A stretch of DNA of 46,787 nucleotides from Octopus bimaculoides. Its lineage: Eukaryota. The stretch lies in assembly GCF_001194135.2 (NCBI RefSeq), contig NC_069002.1, positions 27,936,043 through 27,982,829 on the forward strand, in the 5' to 3' direction. The notes under the pieces are model-generated. The model saw nothing but the letters and a program-made list of their open reading frames with translations, was not told where the DNA came from and searched no databases. Below are positions 23,060-34,035 of the stretch, piece after piece. Position 1 is the stretch's first letter, and each line of letters begins with the position of its first letter. A program made the position numbers and the translations under genes.

Positions 23060-24280
23060 TACACCCCTTTAATACCACCCCACTTGAGACCATCCCTCCT
23101 TATATGATACAAACTTCCTGTTTTCAAGTGACCTGAATTAAAACCATCCATCAAAATTTCATGTTAATTTATGTCCAAAATACCAGTTTGATAATGACAA
23201 AATTGTTTTGCTTGAAACAGAGGCAGCGTATTTCAACAGATATATGGTAACAAAAGGGTTAAAGTCATCTAAATTAAAATCTTCCATGAAACATTTGAGT
23301 TAATTTATGTCCAAAGCATCAGTTTAATAATGATAAAATTGTTTTAATTGAATCAAAGGCAGTGTATTTCAACAGATTTATAGTAACAAAAGGGTTAAAG
23401 TCAGCTAAATTAGAACGTTCCATCAAAATTTTGTGCAAGTTTGTCACCCGAACACCAGTTAATTAATAATGACAAAGTTATTTTAATAAATTCTTCAAAT
23501 TTTCATAACTAGTTGAAACAAAATCAGAGTTTTCAAAATAAATATGGTAACAAAAGGGTTAAAGTGATCTAAATTAAAATCTTACATCAAAATGCCAGTT
23601 TAACAATTTCAAAGTTATTTTAATAAATTCTTCATTATTTTCAAAAGTAATAGAAAGAAAGATAGTGTATTTTAACAGAAATACTCTCTCTCTTCTCTTT
23701 TACTTGTTTTAGTCATTTGACTGTAGCCATGCTGGAGCACCGCCTTCAGTTGAGCAAATCGACCCCAGGACTTATTCTTTGTAAGCCTAGTACTTATTCT
23801 ATCGGCCTCTTTTGCCGAACCACTAAGTTACAGGGACATAAACACACCACCATCGGTTGTCAAGTAATGTTGGGTGGACAAACACAGACACACAAACATA
23901 TACACACACATACATATATATATATATATACAATGGGCTTCTTTCAGTTTCCGTCTACCAAATCCACTCACAAGGCTTTGATCGGCCCAAGGCTATAGTA
24001 GAAGACACTTGCCCAAGGTGCCATGCAGTGGGACTGAACCCGGAACCATGTGGTTGGTAAGCAAGCTACTTACCACACAGCCACTCCTGCGCCTATGGTA
24101 ACAAAAGGGTTAAATTGATCTAAATTATAACGTTCCATCAGAATATCATGCTAATTTATGTTCCAAACAACAGCTTAATAATGACAAAGTTATTTTAATA
24201 AATTCATCATTATTTTCAAAATCAATTAAAACAAGGGCAGTGTATTTCAACAGAATTATCATATATCAAAAGGTTCAAAT
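23060..24280. repeat. Tandem array of five TTAA-MITE internal-plus-right-end units, the fourth interrupted by a family B SINE
   Basis: Units end in (g)gtaacaaaagggttaa at 23262, 23398, 23562, 24113 and, degenerate, at about 24278. Confidence 0.8.
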
Positions 24281-25100
24281 TTCTTTGATAGCAATTCACC
24301 TGAAACCGGGATTTATTATTTGCATGTATTTACAGCCAATCGCATGGTAAGACAAAGGCAAACACTGCTGTGTCGTGGGGCTGAACCTGAAAACCTATAG
24401 TTGCAAAGCAGATTTCTAATCATACAGCCATGTTTGTATCTGTTCTTTTACTTCATTCAATCATTAGACTGTGGCCATGCTGGGGCACCATTTTGAAGAA
24501 TTTTAGTTGGATAAATTGCACCCAGTACTTATTGTTTTTTAAAGCCTATTACTTATTCTATCAGTCTCTTTTTGCTGAACCACTAAATTTCAGGGATGTA
24601 AACACACCAACACCAGATGTCGAGCAGTGGTGAGGGGACAAACAGACATAACGACATTCACACACACACACACATGCATACAAAGGGCTTCTTTCAGTTT
24701 CTGTTTAACAAATCACTCACAGAGCTTTGGTTGGCCGGAGGCTGTAGGAGAAGACACTTGCCCAAGATGCTACACGGTGGGATTGAACCGAAAACCATGT
24801 GGTTGCGAAGCAAACTTCTCACCACACTGCCACACTTGTACTTATTAACATGTTGACTCCTGAGCCTCGTGTTTTATCCCAGGGTCCCAATATAATATGT
24901 TGATTAATTTTGACATGAACCGCATAATATTTTTACACTATACTGTACCTCTCAGAAAGCCCATAGGAAGGAAATTCAAAAATGACCCACTGGTGGGTCA
25001 GGTGGTCTACTCGCTAACATACCACCATGACCTACCAGCAGGACATGTGGGAGCCAACATGTTAAACACTATTTTTCTGGAAATCATTTAAATATTTATA

Positions 25101-25470
25101 TTGTATTTCAAGATGGTAATTTTTTTTTTTATTTGCCAAATAAACACACACACCATATATTTGTTCTTCACTCATTTATTACTGTTCTTGTTTTATTATT
25201 CTAATTCCTGTCCATTGTCCAGAAATTTTTCGTCACACATCTGTGACCTCTTCAGCAACACTTTTCATTTTTGTGTGTGTTCTTGCTCCACTTACTCCAT
25301 CCTCAGAGAATGTCACTGAAGAGGTCACAGATGAGTGATAGAAAATTTCTGGACAATGGACATGAATTATAATAATAAAATAGAAACAGTAATAAACGAG
25401 TGAAGAACAAATATATGTATAGGGCTTGTGTTTAATTGGGGTGGCGGGTATGATCATTCTGAAATACAAC
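25101..25470. mobile_element. Fold-back element (core arms 25155-25260 and 25311-25416)
   Basis: Arms are reverse complements; a diverged copy of the right arm lies at about 30455-30650. Confidence 0.8.
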
Positions 25471-25608
25471 AATATCTGTTTTAGCACAGGATTTCACATC
25501 AGGAATCTTGCAAAACGAATTAAAATATTTGAAATCCTGAAAAGTGGTTGAACTGAGGCATTGCTTTCAATAATTCTTGATTTTATCAAAGTTTCTTTTC
25601 ATTTTTAG

Positions 25609-25672
25609 GGAAATGTAGCTTTCTCTTCAGAAGGTGACCGAATTGCTTTGACACAAATTGAGCAAATGATAA
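25609..25672 (+). CDS. GABBR1: GABA-B1 exon (GNVAFSSEGDRIALTQIEQMI)
   Basis: TTTTAG acceptor, GTAAGC donor, 64 nt, ends in phase 1. Confidence 0.93.
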
Positions 25673-25959
25673 GTAAGCATTCAATTCTGTGTATGTTTAT
25701 TGCAGAACCATTATCTTTTACTTGTTTCACTTGTTAGAATGCAGCCATGCTGGGGCACTGCCTTGAAAAATTTTAGTTGAACAACTTGACCCAAGTAGTT
25801 TTTTCTTTTTTTTTTCAGCCTGGTACTTATTCAATTGATCTCTTATGTGAAACTGCTAAGTTACAGGGTCATAAACACACAGATATATATATAAAACACA
25901 CTAACAGATAAACCACCAAACCATGCACACACACACACACACATACATACGCACACACA

Positions 25960-26280
25960 CGTTCTGTTATCACACACACACTCGCAGACTTTCGCACGCG
26001 CACCGATATTCATCTCCCTTTTTCACTCTCCTATCTTAGAAAGAACTTTTCCCCCACCACCTCCTCTTCCGGTCTTTTCATCATGTAACCTCGTGGGCAT
26101 CGGTACCATTTTCCTCTTTCTCCGTTCTTCCATTCTCCGAACTTTCCATCTTTCCGACGAAGGGCTACGCCCGAAACGTCATACACTCTCTCTTTCCTTT
26201 CCTGAGCGTCCAATAATACTATCCATATCACGTCCTCACTTTGTTGTTTTTTTGTTTTTTTGTTATTGTGTTTTTGAACT
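25960..26280 (+). mobile_element. Penelope-like element 3' end with a degenerate hammerhead motif at 26150-26185
   Basis: CCGACGA-A-GGGC-TAC-GCCC-GAAA-CGTC, then a T-rich tail ending in (TA)n. Confidence 0.6.
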
Positions 26281-27094
26281 ATATATATATATATATACGA
26301 TGGGCTCCTTTCAGTTTCCGTCTACTAAATTCACTCTCAAGGCTTTGGTTGGCCCACGGCTATAGTAGAAGGCACTTGCCCAAGGTGCCAAGTTGTTGTG
26401 GGACTGAGCCTGGAACCATGTGGTTGGTAAGCAAGCTTCTCACCACACAACCACTCCTGCACTTATGTCTCTTTTTTATTAACTTCTTTGTGTTTCTTTA
26501 CACCAAAATGAACTGTGTGTATGTGTGTGGTTACATTGATGGTGTATACAGACAAATGTATTCTTCAAGACTATATCTACAATGAAAGCCTTTCACATTC
26601 TAATGTACAGGAACATGTTAGAAATAAATGTACACATCTATATTCTGATGAGCACTGTTTTGCATGCTTATGCTATATAAATGTTTGTTAGTGTGTGTGT
26701 GTGACAAATTGGTGGACGTTTGTGTTGGCTATCATTCAGGACAAAGCAAATCTATTGTGTGGGAAACAGACTATTTCACTATTTGGTTGTAGGAAATACC
26801 TCAATAAATATTAATAGAAGTGTTTACATGAGTTTGCTATTTCCGATCTTTTGCTCAAAATTATAAAAGGCTGTAATAGGGTGTAATTTTTTTGTCTGGA
26901 AAACAAAGATCACATCTTCTGAAGCCATAAATATAGGGGGACATGTGTTGCATATTGGAGTTCTCTCTCCTTTTCATTTTTTTCTGATGTTTTCTTTCTT
27001 TCATTCTCTCCCCACTTTCTTTCTACCCTGTCCCCTCTTCTTTCCAAGTAATAATTACAGTGATATTAATGTAAATCTCATTTTTCAATTCTAG

Positions 27095-27172
27095 ATGGAA
27101 CTTACCATTTAATGGGATATTATGATTCTGTTACTGATAACCTCACCTGGTTAGATAAAGAACAATGGCTAG
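27095..27172 (+). CDS. GABBR1: GABA-B1 exon (NGTYHLMGYYDSVTDNLTWLDKEQWL-G), end of the ectodomain
   Basis: CTAG acceptor, GTAAGT donor, 78 nt, phase 1/1. Confidence 0.93.
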
Positions 27173-28136
27173 GTAAGTTACATAAAAATTTACTAAACTA
27201 TGTTATCCTCATCATCTTTGTTGCTGCTAATATTACCATCGTCACTGTTGCTTTGACTGACCAATCAGAATCTGTTTGAGATACGACAGACAAGATCTGA
27301 GATAAAGACAAAATGGGAAGATTATTGTAAAGAGAGACAATGACTGAGATGATAGATAAATTTTTAAGCTGACCAAAAATGCCAACAGACCCAATATTTT
27401 CTGAGTAAAGAGTGAGAGATTTTTTAATAATTTGGTTTACATAACCCTTTCATTGTCATATTTCTGTTGAAATACATTGCCTTTTCTTCTTTTAGTTTTT
27501 GAAAATAATGAGGGATTTTGTAAAATAGTTTTGTCATTATCAATCTGGAGTGAAAATGTTGTGAGCTGGCAGAATCGTTAGCACACCGGGTGAAATGTTT
27601 AGCAGCATTTCATCTGTTGTTAGGTTCTGAGTTCAAATTCCACTGAGGTTGGCTTTGCCTTTCATCGTTTTGGCATCAATAAATTAAGTACCAGTTGCAT
27701 ACTGGGGTCCATCTAATCAACTGGCCCCCCTCCCTCAAAATTTCAGGCCTTGTGCTTTGAGTAGAAAAGATTACTAATCTAGAGTGAAAATGTTGTGAGC
27801 TGGCAGAATCGTTAGCACACAGGGCAAAACGCTTAGCGGTATTTTGTCTGTCGTTATGTTCTGAGTTCAAATTCCGCCGACGTTGACTTTGCCTTTCATC
27901 CTTTCGGGGTCAATAAATTAAGTACCAGTTGAGTACTGGGGTTGATGTAATCGACTGGTTCCCTCCCCAAATTTCAGGCCTTGTAGAAAGGATTATTAGT
28001 AGAAGGGATTATTAGTATAAAGGATTATTTAGTTGAATGGATTATTAGTCTGGAGTAATGCAGTGAGATGGGAGAATTGTTACTGTTCCAGACAAAATGT
28101 TTTGCAGCATTTCCTCTGGTTTTATGTTCTACTAGA

Positions 28137-28483
28137 TTAAAAGCCACACTCCATGCAGACTGTTAAGCTAGCTCCTGTGGAGGGCTAATTGGGCCTCTGG
28201 CCCAAAACTAAAGAAAGCAATAATAATAAAGCATTTATTGGTAAACCTACCAGTATGGTCTTACCTTACCAATATGGTATTGCTTTAAATTCAGTTTAAA
28301 TGAAAAACTTGTAAGTTCACAAATTTTGAGGGTTCTTTTAAAATTTGAATTTTCAACTGTTAGCTTATGACAAATCTTCATTCAGACCTGATTCCAATGC
28401 TCAATACTCAAGAAGCAAATTAAGGGCAGATTTTCAATCCTGGGATCATCCTGATTCCAAAAAGGTATAATATGTCTATGCAG
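28137..28483 (-). repeat. Inverted copy of the 9235-9577 repeat, with an internal duplication of about 20 bp
   Basis: One mismatch over the terminal 87 bp; more diverged internally. Confidence 0.85.
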
Positions 28484-28834
28484 AGCAGAGAGAGAGAGAG
28501 ACACACACACACACATACATGTTTAAATATTTTCTGTATGTTTATATCTATGTGTATGGGAGTGTAGTTAGTAACCCCCATGTCGTTAAATTGCTGGGTT
28601 TGTGTGTTTGAAGATGTGTGGAATAAGATATCCTTTACTTGAAAAACTGGTCGGCATTAAGCAAGAGTACAACCAGCCACCTGTGGAAACAATGTCTCGA
28701 TTGTATATTCACCTATCCTATATAACACAAGGTGTTATATAGGATAGGTGTTATTGGACTATGTTATAGTCTAGTCACCTGTATTGTAAATCAGGTAGCT
28801 CACAAAGGAGTCACACCCGATGACTTTTGTAGCA

Positions 28835-30148
28835 GCACCATAATCAACTGTGATAAAGGTAAAGGTGATGCTTTAGATAGAAATAACTACAGGGGTATCA
28901 AATTGCTGGATCAGGTGATGAAGGTGATGGAGAGGGTCATAGCCCAACTAATTAGGGAGCGAATTAGGATAGATGGGATGCAGTTTGGTTTTGTGCCAGA
29001 CAGAAGCACCACTGATGTTTTATTTCTGGTGAGGCAACTGCAGGAGAAATACTTTGGCATAGATAAACCTCTGCACTTGGCTTTTGTTGACTTGGAGAAA
29101 GTCTTTGACAGGGTCCCCCGATCCCTTATCTGGTGGGCAATGCGGAAACTGGGGATAGATGAGTGGTTAGTAATAGCTGTACAGGCCCAGTACAGGGATG
29201 GTGTCAGTAAGATGAGGGTCGGCAATGAGTATAGTGAAGAATTTTGGGTAGAAGTAGGGGTTCACCAAGGATCAGTCCTCAGCCCCCTCTTATTCATCAT
29301 AGTCCTCCAGGCAATAACAGAGGAATTCAAGACAGGCTGCTCTTGGGATCTCCTCTATGCTGATGACCTGGCCCTCATAGTAGAATCACTACCAGAACTA
29401 GACAAGAAGTTTCGGGTGTGGAAGCAAGGTCTAGAATTGAAGGGCCTTAGAGTCAATGTAGCAAAAACCAAAGTTTTAGTTAGTAGGAAGGTGGACAAAT
29501 CACAAACCCCTTCAGGTAGATGGCCCTGCTCGATCTGTAGAAAAGGTGTAGGTAGAAACTCCATAAGGTGTGCCCAGTGTAAGCTGTGGACACATAAGAA
29601 GTGCAGCAATATCAAAGGAAGGTTAACCGGGATGATAGTTTTTGTGTGTGGCAGATGCACAGGGGCAATAAACACCGAAGATGTTCAGAAAACAGATTCC
29701 ATCACATGCCAGAGGGAGAAACTAGAAGCAGTTGATAGCTTCTGCTACCTAAGTGACCAAGTCTGTAGTGGTGGTGAATGCTCTGAGAGCATTGCTACTA
29801 GAATAAGGGGCAATAAACACCAAAGATGTTCAGAAAACAGATTCCATCACATGCCAGAGGGAGAAACTAGAAATAGTTGATAGCTTCTGCTACCTAGGTG
29901 ACCAAGTCTGTAGTGGGAGGTGAATGCTCAGAGAGCGTTGCCACTAGAATAAGAATAGTCTGGGTAAAGTTCAGAAAGCTTCTACCTCTGCTGGTAACAA
30001 AGGGTCCCTCACTCAGAGTGAAAAGTAGACTGTATGACTGTTGGGGACATACGCGGGCTTGAAAGAAATGAAGCTTGTATGCTCCACTGGCTGTGTAATG
30101 TCAGTGTGCACACACAACAGAGTGTAACCGCTCTGAGAGAAATGTTGG
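28835..30148 (+). mobile_element. 5'-truncated RTE-clade LINE: reverse transcriptase plus PHD-like zinc finger, broken by a tandem duplication of about 145 bp
   Basis: ORF 28732-29880 has NYRGIKLL, MQFGF, AFVDLEK.FDRVPR, GVHQGSVLSPLLF, LLYADDL and C-x2-C...C-x2-C...H-x2-C...C-x2-C. 29662-29806 is repeated at 29807-29953. Confidence 0.93.
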
Positions 30149-30989
30149 ACAGTTTCCGTCTACCAAATCTACTCACAAGGCTTTGGTCGGCCCGAGGCTA
30201 TAGTAGAAGACACTTGCCCAAGGTACCATGCAGTGGGACTGAACCTGGAACCATATGGTTGGTAAGCAAGCTACTTACCACACAGCCACACCTGTGCCTA
30301 TATAATAATTTTTTTCTATTCACCAAGCTGTCTCGCTTGCTGCTACACTCACATATTTATGATCATCTCAAGTACAAAACAAAAGTCGAAACTAAACAAC
30401 ATTCAATAATACCTTTTAATAATAAATGGAAATAATAATAATGATGTGGGATGGAGAGTTGCTGAAGAGGTCACAGGTGTGTGTGATGAAAGATTTGAGA
30501 CAAAGGACATTAAAATAAGAATAATAATAAAGCTGTAGTGAAGAACGAATATATAGTGCATGTGGTTAACTGGCAAAGAGAAAGAAAAACCATCTTGAAA
30601 TATAAAAAATATCTGTTTCAACACATGATTTCACATCAGAAACCTTGTAAAACAAAGGCGGTGAGCTGGCAGAAACGTGAGCACACTGGGCGAAATGCTT
30701 AGCGGCATTTCGTCTGCTGCTACGTTCCGCCGAGGTCGACTTTGCCTTCCATCCTTTTGGGTTTGATTAAATAAGTACCAGTTACGCACTGGGGTCGATA
30801 TAATCAACTTAATCCATTTGTTTGTCCTTGTTTGTCCCCCCTATGTGTAGCCCCTTGTGGGCAATAAAGAAATAAGAAACCTTGTAAGACAAATACATAA
30901 ATGAAACATATAAACAGAAATGTTTCATTATTGTTCAATACATATAATATGTTTCCTTATATATTCTTTCTTTCTGAATATTTTTTCAG

Positions 30990-31140
30990 GAGGGAAGCCA
31001 CCACCAGATCATACAAGATTTGTTAGATTTCTCAGAGTTGTGCCTCAGGGTTTGTTCTTTAGTATGTCTGTACTTGCATTCTTTGGCATTTTGGCTGGCA
31101 TAGTTTGTATGTCTTTCAATATCATGCACAAACACAGACG
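30990..31140 (+). CDS. GABBR1: GABA-B1 TM1 exon (GGKPPPDHTRFVRFLRVVPQGLFFSMSVLAFFGILAGIVCMSFNIMHKHR-R)
   Basis: TTTCAG acceptor, GTTAGT donor, 151 nt, phase 1/2. Confidence 0.93.
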
Positions 31141-31741
31141 GTTAGTAATCAATAGCAAACACTGGCTATTTATTTATTCATTTATTTATCTATTTATTTA
31201 TTTATCTATTTTTGCTTGTTACTTTTTAATATTTGTCTATTTTTATGCATTAGAAAAATATGGGACTTTTTCAGCATGTATGATTTTTTTTCTTCTCCAA
31301 ATAGAAAAAAAAACAACAAAATCTTCTGTATTTGATGGCATAAAAGGCGCACAAGTATATTAAACATTTCTGCATATGGTGGCAAGCTGCACAATCGTTA
31401 ACATGCTGGGCAAAATGATTTGTGGTACTTCATCCGTGCTCAAGTTCTCAATTCAGATTCCATCACTGTCGACTTTGCCTTTGATCCTATCGGAGTCGAT
31501 AAAATAAGTACCAGTTGAATGCTGGGGTTGATGTAATAAAGTAGCCCCCCCCCCCCATTGAGTTTATTATATTGATCCCAGCGTTTCACTGGTACTTATT
31601 TTATCAACGCCGGCAGGATGAAAAGCAAAGTCAACATTGGTGGAATTTGAACTCAGAACGTAAAAGCAGATGAAATGCCGCTAAACATTTTGCCTGGTGT
31701 GCTAACGGTTCTGCCACCTTGCCGCCTTAATGATAATAATA

Positions 31742-31830
31742 ATAATAATAATAATAGAAGATCTGGAAAGAACGGTAACTTCAATGTGGAGTCTAAAAAC
31801 AGAAACAATTCCTATCATGGTAGGCGCATT
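31742..31830 (+). mobile_element. Dong/R4-like non-LTR element, restriction-like endonuclease fragment after (TAA)n
   Basis: EDLERTVTSMWSLKTETIPIMVGALGMIKK resembles RLE C-termini. Confidence 0.6.
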
Positions 31831-32045
31831 AGGGATGATAAAAAAAATATTCAGTATATACATCAGTATATATATATATATATTTTATTATATGTATTTA
31901 TTTTCTCCTAATAAACAAATAACTCGGACAAAATAAATTAGATAATAGATACCAGGGTAGCAAAGATCACAAAATGACTGTGGTGTAACTCCTGTTTATG
32001 AGGTAGAAACTCCTTGTTATTTTGGGTACTTGAGTATATATAAAT

Positions 32046-32303
32046 TTAGTGAATGGAGTAAAACGCATATGTTACCTGAATACTTTTATTTCTAACATAT
32101 GTTTCGAAGATTACAAATTGTACCTTCCATAGGAATCGGTGATGTTGTTAAGAATGTAATCTTCTCTTCAGGGAAATGCATGGGAACCAGCATAAACGTA
32201 AGACATTTTAACTGATTCCTATGGAAGGTATAATTTGTAATCTTCGAAACATATGTTGGAAATAAAAGTATGCAGTTAACATGCGTTTTACTCCATTCAC
32301 TAA
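32046..32303. mobile_element. Long-TIR MITE (arms about 95 bp) in TA-rich flanks, abutting a gap
   Basis: 32046-32140 is the approximate reverse complement of 32211-32303. Confidence 0.8.
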
Positions 32304-32894
32304 NNNNNNNNNNNNNNNNNNNNNNNNNNNNNNNNNNNNNNNNNNNNNNNNNNNNNNNNNNNNNNNNNNNNNNNNNNNNNNNNNNNNNNNNNNNNNNNNN
32401 NNNNNNNNNNATATATGTATATATATATTTATGTATACATAATTATTTTTTATTTTCACCAAGCTGTCTCGCTTGCTGCTACTATTCCCTTAAACACTCA
32501 CATATTTATGATCATCTCAAGTACAAGACAAAAGTCGAAACTAAACAACATTCAATAATACCTTTTAATAATAAATGGAAATAATAATAATAATGATGGT
32601 AATAATGATAATAATAATTTAGACAAAACTCATGTCGGATCAGAGGAAATACAAACAATGACAAATAGTAGTAACAAAATAAAAGCAATAATATCAGTGA
32701 TGATGATGATGATGATGATGACGACGGTGGTGGTGGCGATGGCGGTGGTGGTGGCTGGCGATGGCGACGACAACGATGACGACGAAAGCGGTTGGAATCT
32801 TCCTATGCTCTGATTGATGATACATCTAGTGATGGTGTCACAATAAAAACACTGGTGATTGCGCAACCTGATAATCGCTACCTCGTATGAGTGA

Positions 32895-33160
32895 CAATGA
32901 ACAAACAAAATATTGTGAATAACGATGGTAATGAAACTGAAGCCCTTAATGGTGACAGTGTTACACCCGGCAGGCTCAGAGGTTATGGTCTGACTTCAGC
33001 CTGTCGTTATCCAACAAGGGACCAGCACACATGGCATAGATGCAACAAAACAAATCAATGCTGTGGTCATGGAGTGTTATTACCTGAGCAACCCCGTAGA
33101 TGAAAATGGTGTTCATCTTAGGGGATACCGACAATGTATGTATGATCAATAGAGAAAAAG
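32895..33160 (+). mobile_element. Probable Dong/R4-like ORF N-terminal fragment
   Basis: INAVVMECYYLSNPVDENGVHLRGYRQCMY resembles, from memory, the N-terminal motif of R4/Dong ORFs. Confidence 0.45.
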
Positions 33161-33884
33161 AGGATTGTTTCAACTCATGAAACAGAGATTATGTGATCAA
33201 GAAGAAGAAGAATGTGGAAGTGGAGGGTAAAGGAGAAGATGGAGAGGAAGAGAAGAAGAAGGAGAAACAAAAAAAAAAAGAGGTAGAATAGAAGAGGAAG
33301 GAGGGGGAGGTGGAGGAGATGAATACTACTGCTGCTGCTACTGCCATCAACACCACTGCTACCACCACCACCACCATCACACTATTCTTTAACCCCTCCC
33401 CGGTCCACTGTGAATGATGCCAGCCTCTAAAATACCTACCACACTGTCATGGGGATAACAGTAATAATAGTACACCCTTCCCACGTGATGAGTGGTATGT
33501 GATAATCACTATAAATAAGGTGACGTCGGTCAGCATAGGGAGAGAGTACAGAGTAGATGATCATAGATAGTCGTGGTCTTACTTATCTTACTAACTATAC
33601 TAGTATACCAGATTGGGCGTTCTAACAATCCAACATTAAGGATTATGACAACACACACACATCCTACAATCACAGATGTCATCAAAGTCAATGATGATGA
33701 CAACAACAAAGCCATTTTCACAACTGTTATTAAGAGTAATTGTCAATTACAAGAGAATATGACTTAGCAGTCTGTATCATGCTTTTGCTGAACTGTTTTA
33801 AGTGTGTACGTGGTCACTTGGCTCTTTTGTCCTTCACTCAGCAGGACATTGAGAAGGTAACAGCTGGAATGGAAGTACACCAGC

Positions 33885-34035
33885 ATTCATCTGGCCCTCG
33901 TTTTCAGTTGAGCTGAGTAGTCACGAACAATCTGAACCTGAAGTGAGCCAGTCATCTTGCTCAAAATCACAAACACACTGCCCAATCTGGGAGTTGAACC
34001 CACAACCTTATGGTTGTGAGCCCAAAGCCGTAAAC
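33885..34035 (-). mobile_element. Degenerate tRNA-derived SINE
   Basis: Minus strand ggcctggtgtttacggc...gtgggttcaactccc...ttttgagcaagatgac. Confidence 0.5.

Noticed and set aside
23130-24280. Regularly spaced repeats resembling a CRISPR array
   Set aside because: Eukaryotic intron, units are homologous along their full length with no unique spacers, and there are no cas genes.
26645-26652. CTGATGAG, a canonical hammerhead core
   Set aside because: No stem II or GAAA follows.
30987-30992. CAGGAG tandem acceptor at the TM1 exon
   Set aside because: Distal GAG acceptors are rarely used, and use would remove only one Gly; no supporting evidence.
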